Source: Phoronis australis (taxonomy: Eukaryota; Animalia; Phoronida). From it: 64,000 nt of DNA. Positions within the stretch are counted from its first letter, which is position 1, and every line of letters starts with the position of its first letter. This document shows positions 36,501 through 48,736 of this stretch, piece by piece. The notes under the pieces are model-generated. The model had not been told where the DNA came from, did no database searches, and worked only from the letters and a program-made list of their open reading frames with translations. Both the position numbers and the translations under genes were made by a program. The stretch is from positions 202,809-266,808 of the forward strand of contig NMRA01000551.1 of NCBI GenBank assembly GCA_002633005.1, written 5' to 3'.

Positions 36501-39500
36501 TCTTGTGCTTAGAACAAACTTCTTCAGCGCCATGGTTTGCACTCATACACATGCCTGGTAAAAAGTTATGACTTTTTTAAATCAGAATTCATGTTATGTA
36601 AATTATGAAGCAAGGTGCGCAAAATGGAAGAGAAATAATTGTAAACTAAAACCATTATCTGAACTTGGAGGTGGGATGGAGCAGGCCTGGGATGGAGTTG
36701 GGTTGGAGTGGGGAGAGAACTACAACTTGTACAGTAAATGGGTCATCTATTGGACAAAGTCAGCGGTGTTAACATTATTCAAGACTGGCAAATGTAAAAT
36801 ATAGGTAACCCACCTTTCTTTTAGATAAACTTGTGAAAAAAATGTGGACGTGGCTCTGCTCTCGTGAACTCTCGAGTGTGTTTCTTTGCTAACGATTCTC
36901 AACTCCATCACTGACAACCTGTTCTATTGGATTCAGGTCTTGTTGCATCATTCAAATGGCTACACAAGGGTCAAAACCTTGGCATCCACTGTAAAATATG
37001 TAGCACATGTCTATGTTTATCCTTTTATTTCTTGAAAATTGGTTAAGTTCTGACAAAATGATCAACTAGCAATGATGTTAGCAATGATGTTATTAGTTAT
37101 GGTAATAATTCAACACTTAGGAAAGTGCATCCTTAGACATTGCATTGGATGTTCTGGAAATATTTGGAATTGCTACTTGGCATTACTGGTGTATAAATAT
37201 GACAAGCTTTAGGATCTGGTAAGTCATGACCTTATAACCTTAAAGTCCTTGTTGCAAACTGCCCATGTGGTTCCAATATCCGAAAATACTTACTACATAA
37301 ATTCTTATTTTCGACACCCTTTCTTTATATTCTTTTCGCCTTTCTTGCCAAAAGCGATTTTGTAACGGTATTTGACCCTTCTCTCTGAGCGTATGATTAC
37401 CGGTTGTCATCGGTTATTTCCGTACCCACATTTCCGGCTCATCAGTTCAGGAACTTGTCCTGAACGCCGCCATTTTTTCCTTGTAACTGAATGTGCTATG
37501 GCTTGCTCGAANNNNNNNNNNNNNNNNNNNNNNNNNNNNNNNNNNNNNNNNNNNNNNNNNNNNNNNNNNNNNNNNNNNNNNNNNNNNNNNNNNNNNNNNN
37601 NNNNNNNNNNNNNNNNNNNNNNNNNNNNNNNNNNNNNNNNNNNNNNNNNNNNNNNNNNNNNNNNNNNNNNNNNNNNNNNNNNNNNNNNNNNNNNNNNNNN
37701 NNNNNNNNNNNNNNNNNNNNNNNNNNNNNNNNNNNNNNNNNNNNNNNNNNNNNNNNNNNNNNNNNNNNNNNNNNNNNNNNNNNNNNNNNNNNNNNNNNNN
37801 NNNNNNNNNNNNNNNNNNNNNNNNNNNNNNNNNNNNNNNNNNNNNNNNNNNNNNNNNNNNNNNNNNNNNNNNNNNNNNNNNNNNNNNNNNNNNNNNNNNN
37901 NNNNNNNNNNNNNNNNNNNNNNNNNNNNNNNNNNNNNNNNNNNNNNNNNNNNNNNNNNNNNNNNNNNNNNNNNNNNNNNNNNNNNNNNNNNNNNNNNNNN
38001 NNNNNNNNNNNNNNNNNNNNNNNNNNNNNNNNNNNNNNNNNNNNNNNNNNNNNNNNNNNNNNNNNNNNNNNNNNNNNNNNNNNNNNNNNNNNNNNNNNNN
38101 NNNNNNNNNNNNNNNNNNNNNNNNNNNNNNNNNNNNNNNNNNNNNNNNNNNNNNNNNNNNNNNNNNNTTAAGTCATAGAAAGTACATACTTTGATCATTG
38201 TCATGTATTTGTCTCATACTGCTTGATAAACGCTGTCAGAATAATCTATTATTTTCATACAGTCTTTGTGCACATTCACAGAGATCATTCAACTACCGGT
38301 ATATTGTTTTTGTACTATAACGTATTTCTGGTGTATTATGCAAACAAGCTGTATTTTACACCATTAGTCAATGTTTTAGTCATTGAGGCACAAATTTTGC
38401 CCAGTCTCAAGTGTTTTGTGTTATTTTTGTTGCCTGACAATGCCAGAATAACTTCCTAGTAACATTCAGACTTAGTTTGCATTTTTGCCACTAGGTGTCT
38501 CTACGTTTTTTAAATTTCACTGTTTATAATTAATTTACAATAGTAAAACGTGTAATGTGAGTGTAATATTGTTCAATACAATGGCACTGATGGGACCATA
38601 TTACTTGTTTTACAAAAAGTCACTGTTGAAGCAGCAATGTCAATTCAGTGAATTTTTATCAATACCAGGATGTGAACATGTGTTTTCTGTGACGTGGGCG
38701 GCACCCACCTCAGTTATTCCCACACAAAAAGAGATGTACTTTTTATTTGAAAGAGCGTGATTTGCTCCTTAGCATGGCGTGACCACACTCTATACATTGC
38801 ACACTATCTACGAGCGAGTTGCGTGACAATGCCAAGAGGCTCATTTACAAATTTAATTTAATTTTTTAAGTTGAGGATAGGGGACCTGTAGATTATTGAC
38901 ATATCTCAAAAGTTCGTAACTCCTGTTTTGGATATTTTTTGAATGACTGCTTGGGTGCATATGGAGGAGTACATCACTTAAAGGCCTGCCATTGCAAAGT
39001 AGTTCCTGCTACGATCTCGAAAAGGGGGGGGACATGTGGGAACTAACTTAGTATTGTACGATTTGAGTATGTCCCTGGGGTATGGGGTTGCGTTGGAGGT
39101 ATGTTTTGCCGATCCCCATTTCATGAAGATGTTAAGACGGTCTTATTTCTTGAGTACAAGTTTGCTGTGATGTAGCTTTTAGATTTTTTTAGCAGTGACC
39201 AGGGGCGCCTTAGATTTCAATAGTGGAATTATGATGTGGCTAGTGCTAGTTAAATAACGCTCGTGCCACTAAGATCTCACTTGTGCTTCGAGAGTCGGCT
39301 TGAGTGCATAAAACAGTGAAAGTGCAGCCGCTGAAAGCGATTGTATAGCTGCCCTGGTGCAATGAGTTATGGGAGTAAGTTGTAAGTGTCTTAATCAGGG
39401 ACTCTCTGAACCAAATTTGTTGAATCGCAGTGCACTACCCATTTGTAATTCCCTACAGTGATGACTTAAGGAGAGTAAGTGATCAAAAAGAAAGAGAAAC

Positions 39501-40629
39501 CTTGACTAGACTTTAGAAAAAGTGGAATTCAATATTTTTAAAACCCTAAATAAAGCAAATGGGACATAGGTTCTCCTCACTAAGTTATCCGGGTGATGGC
39601 AGGGTATTCGCTTCAATTGGTGGAATAACTTGACAATGACTTATACAAAATACTTGAATTCAGCAAACATCCAACAATGAGTTACAGTCAGAAGAATGAG
39701 TTGTGTTAAGTGTAACTGCAACTAAATACGTGTAAGGACTTCCTGTTGTCTGGGTTTACGGATGCACAGTTACCAAGACAGCGACTGAGTTATGCCTACC
39801 ACTGAGTTGCATTGGTGATATGGCAGAAAGTGTCAGAGTTGGATGCTCTTCTCAAGATATTGTGCATAAAAATTATCAAATGTTTAAGCCTCATTGTATC
39901 CCAACTCCTGGTAAGCACTCCGCTTCAGTTCAAGTTAAAAATTAATGACGCGACCCACGACGTCCTCTGATTTTGGCGTTCCCCGAAGTGAGCGTCACAC
40001 TTGGAAACATGTACTGTCTTTGCCAGTATGAGTACCAATTGTTATTAATAACTGCATGAAGTGTTGAAATATTCTTGAAAACTAGTCTCTAAGTTACTTT
40101 GGTAGAGCATAAAATCATAAATATTTTTAAAATCATGAAAAAGTCCTTAGTTTCGAACATTTGATTGTCAGGAAAGGCTAAGTAGCGGGAATATACATGC
40201 CAGCTGTTATATCAGACTCACTGTCAAATAAAAGTGTGGTGACATTTTGAAACAATGGTTACGACTACAAGTAAATATCCAACATTGATAGCTAATTACA
40301 TATTTTTGAATTGTAAGTTATCCATTAAATATATCAATCACATGTCGATATTTTGTCGCAAAATAACACTATCAATGTCTTGATCGGGTTTGTTTTAAGA
40401 AATCCCTACGTCCCACGGACTCGAAGACGGTTGATTTCCTTGTGTATTTTCGTCATGAGCACAGTGTCCTTGTTTCTGTGTTATAAACGTAGTTTACTGT
40501 TGACAAGTGTCTCATGGTTAAGTGTCGTTTCTGAATTGGTTTTCTTGCTTGTCCACTCTTTGTGACTTGTACCATTCTCTGTGACTTAAGTCCATCTGAC
40601 TGACTTTTCATGTTGGCATCATTTTACAG

Positions 40630-40725
40630 AAGGCTGAGTCCCTTGGATCGCCCCCACCACCCATAGCTGTGGCCATCCCACCACCCATAGCTGTGTCCAT
40701 CCCACCGCAGACAGTGGCAATAAAG
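40630..40725 (+). CDS. Internal proline-rich exon of the zinc-finger gene (KAESLGSPPPPIAVAIPPPIAVSIPPQTVAIK)
   Basis: ttttacag acceptor, AAG|gtaagc donor, 96 nt, phase 0-0, open frame, joins the flanking exons in frame. Confidence 0.75.
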
Positions 40726-41299
40726 GTAAGCATTGCTAGATGATGACACACTATACAGTGATATGTACCTAGATCTTAAAAGCCTAGTCGACACTTGGAA
40801 GATCAAGTCACCCAGCTTAAAATTAGGTTGCCCAGTTTTTAGATAGAGTATGTATCAGGAGTCAGAAGTCCTGTTTCAGCATAGCCTACAAACTTTTTGC
40901 TAAACCTTTATTTGTTGGGCAGATGTTTCCATCTATTCAAGTCATCTTATAAAAGTGATAATTCCTGTCCTACTAAAAAATTGCTTTTGGCCTGCTGAGA
41001 GATTTCCCGCAGTGCAGAAGATAGCGTACCTGGATTGTGACTTAGATGCATTACGCACTGACCTAAATTCTAAAACCTTTCGAGGTGACTAGATCCATGT
41101 TCTGTGGTTTAGGGCAGGCACGATGCATATAGTTACTTTTTGGTGTAGTTTGAGTGACCGTGTTGGAAAAAGTCATGCACAGTCTTCATGTAACTCTTGA
41201 TATGGCATCAAGCATTCAGTCCATGTAGTCCATTCTACACATGTTTCACATGTCTCTACTTCCACCTCCGCCTTAGTTGGCCATGTCAGTATACTCCCG

Positions 41300-41760
41300 A
41301 GTTCCCAATAGTTGTAGAGACAGCAATAATAGTACAGACCAGAAAGTTTCACGAGTTCTAATAATAGTAGAGTTTCTAACAACATTTTTGCCACTAGAAA
41401 AGTAGAATAATAGTATAGACCGGATATTGGCGGAAAAATTAATAATAGTATAGAATGGAATCATGGTATAGATGGCACATTTGTGGAAATTTAAACATAG
41501 TATAGACTGGAATAATGATATTGATTACAAATTTGGGTAAAATCTAGTAATGATAGAGAAGGGAATAATTGTGCAAAACAGCAAATTCTAGGAAATAATG
41601 GTGTAGATGAAAATTTTGTGGAAAATTAAAAATAGAATAGACTGGAATAATAATGCTGATTACAAATTTGCGTAAAATCTAGTAACTGTAGATGGAAATA
41701 ATAGAAAGTGCAAAATCTAATGATATAGATGGGAATAATAGTGCAAAGGAGCAAATTCTG
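41300..41760. repeat. Degenerate AT-rich tandem repeat (aataatagtatagac-like units)
   Basis: Recurrent aataatagt..ag motif; about 70-bp block duplicated at 41481 and 41616. Confidence 0.7.
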
Positions 41761-42027
41761 TCTGACTTACCACCGCTTTAAGTAATTGTTTCAAAGAAAA
41801 ACCTTTAAACTGAACATTAGCATAATTAAATTATTGCAGTGATGTATCCACACATGCCATAACATAGTACAGTGAAGTGGAATAAAAGTGTCATTGCTAA
41901 ATCAAAGACTATTTGTTTATTCAATAACTTAAAAGGGAAGTCTATATAGATGTGTTTCAAATAGTATGTGGAATCATTTTACTCAAAAAAGAATGAGACA
42001 TGCATACTAGAGATGCCAATGTTGACT

Positions 42028-43110
42028 AAGTCGCAATCTACAGGTCGCAATTTTCGTCCGATTCGCACGAAATTCGCACACGACGTGTAGATCCAGAAGT
42101 CCTGGAAGCCTATTGTTTTTGATCATGATCGGATTCAAAATGGCGGACGTGGCGGCCATTTGTTTCTGATTTCCGATTCAAATGCTCATAGAGGCCGCAA
42201 TTTTCAATGTACAGGGCTGAAAATTGGTACGATTATTATAGCCGCCAAGTACAATAACTGCACTTTAAATCAATAACTTCCGGTCAAAGATGGCGGAAAT
42301 ATCAGCAATTGCGCATGCGCACCTCGATTTCGGGCAAAAAACGTTTTCTCCTGTAGAGGGCGCTTTATAGGACCAATTCCTTTGAAATTGTTCAGGTAAT
42401 AGTTGTTTTTGACATGCTATTATTCAAAGCTAAAAAACCGTAAGTCGCTTTCAAGATGGCATGTTCACCCATTTTTATGCGCCCACATATTTATATTTGG
42501 ACGCGTTATCTATTGTTCTGCGGTCGCATCTTGAACGGAAAGAGCAAATGACGTGAATTTTTGCATGTAGATTCCTTGAAGTATGCTCTTTCAAAAGTTC
42601 TGCGATGACGTTTTTCTCAGACTTACCGTTTTTGAGTTATTTGACCTAGAATTTAAAAAAACGCAAAATTTTAATTTTTTCGAAAAATCTACAGAATTTT
42701 GCGGAACTACTAACTTAGATAGAGTTTTGAACAGGCTTTCAGAAGATATTTTCAATTTTTCGCTAGGACGTCTACTTTTTTGAATATTGAACTAGACAGT
42801 AGCGTATTTCTTACTTATTTTTGACATCTTCGCTAGTCATGTGACTGATTGTGTTGCTCATAATCCCCACTATCATCATCATAATCGTCGTCGTCATCAT
42901 CTAAATCGTCATCTTTTCAGTTAACTTCGCCAAGTGTGGCTCAAGACTGTAGCCTATTTCTTACTGATTTCTTACATCTTCGCTAGTCATTTGAATGTCA
43001 TCGTATTGTTCATACTCGCCACCTTTGTCATCGTAATCATCGTCGTCATCATCTCCATCATCGTCTTTTCGGTTAATTTTGCCAAGTGTCGCTCCTCCGA
43101 GTGCTCGTTT
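42028..43110 (+). repeat. Interspersed repeat with an internal ~150-bp tandem duplication and (TCA/TCG)n tracts; reverse-orientation fragment at 5575-5760
   Basis: caagtgt.gc.caagactgtagcct.tttcttactgatttc and ggttaattt.gccaag..tcgctcctc match the reverse complement of 5575-5760; head has repeated ctacaggtcgcaatttt-type motifs. Confidence 0.7.
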
Positions 43111-44104
43111 ATTTATCATTAGGCAGCATGTTTCAAAATATTTCTATATGCCTTAGTTCGCTTTTAGTATGGAAATCTGGGAAATGATTACAATGGAAAT
43201 TTCATGATAGTAGTGTGAGGAAATAAAAGCTATATTCTGAAAATTACATGGAAAAGTTGAATAATTAAAACCCTCTATGGGTAGGCACCGTGTAGGGAAG
43301 GCAATCATAAAGGTTGGTTAGAGGCCAGGTTACGATAAAAGTACAAAATACGAAGTTCAGAAACAGTTTAGTATCTGTTGGTCTGCACCAATGAATACTT
43401 GATGCAGTATGCTGCGAGCGGGAATAAGTCTGGATACGCGGATATTTTACAAAACTTAACGGCAGGTAGAAGCCTGACGCCAGTATTGCAACTTTTTTCA
43501 TCCCTGAAAAGTTGTTGCCTACATGAACGTGAATGAAATTTAAATGTCAGATATCGATGGGCACAATCTCAGCCAACTTGAAAATAAAGGAGCATCTGAC
43601 TTCTAGACATTAGAATTTTTTGTAAACTTGCTTCTACAATTTGGAATTGTCACTTGGCAGTAGCAGATGGCACAAACTGTGGCCATTACGTGTGTCTGAA
43701 ATGTATTTAAAATTCCACTACATAAATGAAACATTCAAAAAATTTTAGGTTTTCACCACAATATAATTTCCTTTGTTTAAAAATGTAAAATCTCGTTTTT
43801 CCATGTTTGTATAGGAATGTTTTTACCATAACAATGTGTCACTCGTTGGGCAGCTGAGGTCACTGAAGTGATTTTTATCAACATCAATTTTTTAACGTCA
43901 AGTTTTCATCGTAATTTCTATCAAATTTCATTTGTTATCAAAGCAGCAAATACCTTTGTGACTATGGAACCTATTTGGCTTTTTCTTAGTTATTACTGTT
44001 GTTCAGTATTGTTCATTTTGCATTGTGATCAGTACAACCAGTGTATAGATGACAGTGCATTGGAGACTTTAAACACTTTCAGATTCTTCGCAGTGAAATA
44101 ACTA

Positions 44105-44985
44105 CCGTATTCGCCGTAATAACTGCCCATGCCCCTATAAGCGCCCCCCACGCGTTTGCAGACTTTGCTGGAATAAGCGCCCAGTCCATGACGTACCTTC
44201 AGTCCTAAAACTTGGCTACAGTAACGTCTTCAATTTATCAAAAAAGGTCTTCCAGACCACCAGCGGCACTGCTACGTTTGTATTTAGCCGTGACTATACA
44301 CTTCAAAGTAACACAGCGCTTCAAAAAGAACGCAACAGCGTTGCTACATTCGCGACGACCGTGTCCCACTATGGTCTGACCTTACAGTACACATCGACTG
44401 TCTCATGAATAAAAATAACTCGGTGTTGAACGCACGTGGCCAGAAAGCGCGCGCTACATATATGAACCTAGCTGTCATCAAAGACATTAGTCGAGAACTA
44501 TCCATTCATGAAACGGGTAGCATAGCATCGGTAAGAAATGAATATTGGCCCTAATTTCCGACAATTTCTAATACTATAAAACATGTTTGCGTTATTTTTT
44601 AGATGGATTGTTTGATTAACCATAATTGGTGTTTTTAAGCCGAATATCGAATAAAACGACAACCGACAGCGAATGCTTACACACCCTTACACCGAAAAAT
44701 AACTGTCAGAACAGTTACGTACGCATCCAGCTACACGGCGACTAATATGGGTCTTACCGAAACAAATGTCGAACGTTTTTAGCACGAGACCGACAAGTGC
44801 TGAATGAAACACGCTCTGGTTTAGGCCTACTGCTTGTGCAAATTTCTTTAGACACAATGCACATCTAGCTCGTTAGATTGCGTGGCTCTGGCCAAAAGAC
44901 GGTCTCTGCTTTGTCAAATGAACTCTGGTTACACGCACGCGCTCGCTTACTCGCAGACGAACTTCAAAACAAACGTCACGTGGCA
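44105..44985 (+). mobile_element. Truncated Tc1/mariner-like non-autonomous element
   Basis: TA|CCGTATT start followed by repeated ataagcgccc subterminal motifs; CpG-rich body; no right TIR found. Confidence 0.45.
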
Positions 44986-45184
44986 NGGATGAGATTCTTA
45001 AAATTTTGGTATCTACTACTGAAATGTAAAGTTTGTTTGAAATCTTTTAATTCTGTAGAGGTCAGATTTCATGAATTACATGCATTTTCCGTTTACAGAG
45101 AAAGCTTGTGTCTGTGCAGTTTGTACCTTGTTATTAAGTCTACTTAGGCTCCCGCATGAACATTATATGCATTTCTTATTGCAG

Positions 45185-48100
45185 AGTTCACTTGTCTTAA
45201 GCCCTCATCATCCACCATCACCACCAGCACCGCCAGTTGCCATAACAACACCTTCTCAACCAACCACAAAGTATGAGTGTAAGTCGTGTGGACGGTCATT
45301 TGTTCAAAAGACCCAGTATCAGCGTCACTGTAAGATGCACATGAAGCGGCTGGCCTGCGCCGTGTGTGGTGACGAGTTTGTTCAGCAGTCACAGCTGGCG
45401 CACCATGTTTGGGAAATCCATCGTAAGACGCTGACTGAGCTGGCCTTGGTCGAAAAGTCACTTACACAGCCACAGCAACAAACTAGTTATGCGAGAGAAA
45501 TAAAAAAATGTGATTCAAGACTTGAGTTGACAAATAACAATGTTAAGGTGAACAATAGTTTGTCTCACTCCGCTGTGACTAAACACAAAGATATTAATAG
45601 TGATGAAGCCGAGTTTAGTGTTGCCATACCTGAATTCAATGGCTGTTACAAGCCTCGTATCCATGCCTCTCGTGGTGCCATGTTTAGGAAACCGCCACCA
45701 GAAGACAGGGGTACGAAATCACGTGTGGATGTTTATGATTTTGATGCTAATGAAGACGACGACGTCATAACGCCGAGTCGAGTTATCAAACCAAAGTTTG
45801 GCAGTGGTCTCAAAAAATGTGCAATGGCTGACGTAGCTCTGGCAAATGGCAATGGAAATTGTGAACCGATAACGGATGGAAGTTGTGCTGAGGTCAGTGC
45901 ACCAGCTAAAGATGGTGATGCTGGGACAAAAGGTGATGATGAAGATTATGTGGAGGAGGATAGTCAAGATGAGAGGCTGAGTGAGGAGAATGGAGAGGTG
46001 TGTTCTGACGACCAACTGGAACACTCTTTTGCATTTGTGGAAAAAATCTCACCTACCGGGTTGAAGATTAAGTTAAAGCCTCTTGTTAAATCTCCAGCTC
46101 AGCGAAAGCGGAAAGCCAACTTTCAGTCCAATCTTGTTCCACTGGAGGGGTTGAAATTAAAAATCAAGAAAGTGGGGAAAGTTCAGTCAAATTTTGGAAC
46201 CTCGGTTGTCAAAGTTGCTTCTTCAGAAAAAAGTGGAAATCTGAATAGTGAATCATCACCAACTAATTGTCAACCTGAAGTGGGCGATAAAGTACGTGAA
46301 ACTACTGATAACCCTAACGGATTGAGTATTGTTTGTAATGCTTTAGGTGACCGTTCATGCGTGGATACATGTGAACAGGCACCGGCAAGAACGCCTCAAA
46401 AATTCAGGACGACACGTGCTAATACATCAAGAAGCAGCAAAAGGTTGCTCTTGAACCTCTCCAATCGTAATTTAGTTGATCCAAATAGGCGTGTTACAAG
46501 GAGTCGTAGTGCTACTTTGAGCTCCTCTGAACAAGACCCGGTGTTGTCAGAAATTTCCAACAGTAACTTGTCTACTAGAAACGTGGTTGCGACAGCTGAG
46601 CTACCCGTGGAGAAGCGAGAGCGAATCTGCCTGAAAATCAGCAAGTCATTGTTGTCCCCGTACAGGGAAGAATATGAAGGGGCTAGTGTTGATAATGGAT
46701 CGCACCATGACAAAGTGGTCGAGGCTGAGCGAGAGCCTCTCAAGTTTTCTATCCCACTCAGTAAATTACCCGCTGTATACTCTACGTGGAAGCCTCTCCA
46801 GAAAACCCGACAAGTAAAACGTCAGCTGGCTAACCATCATCAGGTTAAGCCTGGCACATCTCGAACAATGCAAGCTGCGCACAAAATTAGAGTGCATTAC
46901 AAGCGGCTACGACGCAGTCAAAACCTGAAAAGCAGCAAGGAAAAAACGGTGGCGGGCAACCTAATTCAGTCACAGAGCTGTGAGCCGGAGGAAGGAAAGC
47001 AGAGCGGGTTGTTAGTGGAGGAGGTGATGTCTGAATGTGATAGTGCAGTGGTGGATATGGTGCGTACACCAGAGTCACTGCAGCAGCACAAGGTGGAGCG
47101 AGCCAAGGAAGCACATAGTGAAGAGGACCAAGGTATAGGTATGGACAGCGACGAAACAAACAGCCCTGGTGCTCACAGTGACTCATCACTGTGTGGTGCT
47201 CAGACAAAGCATGCTACTGATCTTTGTAGTGTCGGTAGTGGCGGCAGCGGGATGACGTCACCAAACTCTGTCGTCGATAATCACTTGTCGGCCAACGGTT
47301 ATGCAGATCATAATAAGTGGCGAAATACATTCGTTTCTATTCCTGAAGGTCAAAATCGCCAGACAAGGTGCTCGGGCGATTGGCCGGAAAGTCCTGAGGC
47401 TAAGCCATATTCCGATTGTCAAGAGATGGAAAAACCAGTGTCACACTTGCCAGCTGACAATGGATCAGTGCTAAATGAAGTTTCAGACTCACTACCATGC
47501 AAAAATAAATCTTATGAATTTGAATCCGTGTCTCCACCATATGACACAATGGCCGAGTTGGTGTCAAATGTTTGTTCTACTGTTTATGGCCAAGATGGCA
47601 GTACACATAACAGTGAATATTCAAAGAACCACATTGCTGACGGTGCTGACATTGTTTCTGATGGTAGAGTCACTAGGCAGAGATACAACAGTAAAAATAC
47701 AGCCAAAGACTGGTTGAAGTCTTTGGACGATCATGGCAGGACTAAAACTAAGTGTAACGCTATGTCGTCACCAAAGGCGGAGCAACCGCTCATCAATATG
47801 TGGCAGGCGCCATCTAGTGTCAGAACAGGGAGTCAAAGGAACGGTAGTGGCAGTAGTGTGTTTAGTGGTAATGTTAATGGAGACAGAGCGCACGACACAT
47901 TTGGTGCTTTTGCCACCAAAACGAACAACTTCCAAAGTTTTGCCGACCTCAACCCTGCTAATACTGGCTTGTTTAATCGAGATGACAGTGAGAGTGATTT
48001 CGAAGACTTTGAACCCCCAGCATTAAAAGTTCCTGTGAAGACGTTGCAGCGTATAGCCAGTGAGAAACGAACAACCTCAGTGTCTCACAGTGACTTCCTA

Positions 48101-48736
48101 CAGACTATTGGTCTACAGAGACAAGTGAGCAGGACTTCTGTGACAGATCACTATGAAAACGAATTCTTGAAATTTCTCAATAAACAAAATGGCAACGAGG
48201 AAGACAACTACGGTGATGTGTTTGAGGAGGAGGATGATGGGATGTCATCAGATGGGGAGATGGATGTTGGCCAGATGGGCAATAACTGCACCTGTGCGCG
48301 ATTCTTGACCTATTTCAACAAGCACCAGTTTGTTGCCTTGTCAGAGGAATTGCTCTATCTGCGACATAAAGTTTGTGAGATGATCGTTGGCTTGTTTCCC
48401 AATATAATGTATTCTGGTCCGTTTAACATAATGTCCAGTGACGTGGAAGATCTACTGGATGCCATATCTGACGTATCCAATTCATCTGTCAGTGACAGTA
48501 CACCAGTGTCTTCTGGTCAGAGCAAATACTTAAAAGTAAATCTGTGCAAGACCCCTAAGCGTTGTCTTTTGTTGCTGCGTAAAAAGGCCGCAGACTTCCT
48601 ACAAGTTCTGTTTCCGTCAACTACTCTGGACAGTCAAGTGTACCATGACACAAACTGTTTACAAAGTATTATGGAGGAAATCATTGCCAATAACAAAATG
48701 GAATATGAAGTTCATACTGGCTGTGATGCATTCTAA
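45185..48736 (+). CDS. Large terminal exon of the C2H2 zinc-finger protein (two fingers, long disordered region, helical C-terminal domain)
   Basis: ORF 45071-48736; acceptor ttcttattgcag ends at 45184 (phase 0, SSLVLSPHH...). Fingers YECKSCGRSFVQKTQYQRHCKMH and LACAVCGDEFVQQSQLAHHVWEIH. Confidence 0.9.
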   Translation, partial: SSLVLSPHHPPSPPAPPVAITTPSQPTTKYECKSCGRSFVQKTQYQRHCKMHMKRLACAVCGDEFVQQSQLAHHVWEIHRKTLTELALVEKSLTQPQQQTSYAREIKKCDSRLELTNNNVKVNNSLSHSAVTKHKDINSDEAEFSVAIPEFNGCYKPRIHASRGAMFRKPPPEDRGTKSRVDVYDFDANEDDDVITPSRVIKPKFGSGLKKCAMADVALANGNGNCEPITDGSCAEVSAPAKDGDAGTKGDDEDYVEEDSQDERLSEENGEVCSDDQLEHSFAFVEKISPTGLKIKLKPLVKSPAQRKRKANFQSNLVPLEGLKLKIKKVGKVQSNFGTSVVKVASSEKSGNLNSESSPTNCQPEVGDKVRETTDNPNGLSIVCNALGDRSCVDTCEQAPARTPQKFRTTRANTSRSSKRLLLNLSNRNLVDPNRRVTRSRSATLSSSEQDPVLSEISNSNLSTRNVVATAELPVEKRERICLKISKSLLSPYREEYEGASVDNGSHHDKVVEAEREPLKFSIPLSKLPAVYSTWKPLQKTRQVKRQLANHHQVKPGTSRTMQAAHKIRVHYKRLRRSQNLKSSKEKTVAGNLIQSQSCEPEEGKQSGLLVEEVMSECDSAVVDMVRTPESLQQHKVERAKEAHSEEDQGIGMDSDETNSPGAHSDSSLCGAQTKHATDLCSVGSGGSGMTSPNSVVDNHLSANGYADHNKWRNTFVSIPEGQNRQTRCSGDWPESPEAKPYSDCQEMEKPVSHLPADNGSVLNEVSDSLPCKNKSYEFESVSPPYDTMAELVSNVCSTVYGQDGSTHNSEYSKNHIADGADIVSDGRVTRQRYNSKNTAKDWLKSLDDHGRTKTKCNAMSSPKAEQPLINMWQAPSSVRTGSQRNGSGSSVFSGNVNGDRAHDTFGAFATKTNNFQSFADLNPANTGLFNRDDSESDFEDFEPPALKVPVKTLQRIASEKRTTSVSHSDFLQTIGLQRQVSRTSVTDHYENEFLKFLNKQNGNEEDNYGDVFEEEDDGMSSDGEMDVGQMGNNCTCARFLTYFNKHQFVALSEELLYLRHKVCEMIVGLFPNIMYSGPFNIMSSDVEDLLDAISDVSNSSVSDSTPVSSGQSKYLKVNLCKTPKRCLLLLRKKAADFLQVLFPSTTLDSQVYHDTNCLQSIMEEIIANNKMEYEVHTGCDAF

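Noticed and set aside
37405-37450. CTGATGA...GAAA hammerhead-like core on the minus strand
   Set aside because: Stems I-III could not be formed convincingly.
20284-38204. Long ORFs full of X
   Set aside because: They span N-gaps.
45071-45184. ORF-track N-terminus of the 1221-aa protein
   Set aside because: Intron-like sequence ending in a good acceptor; upstream exons supply the start.
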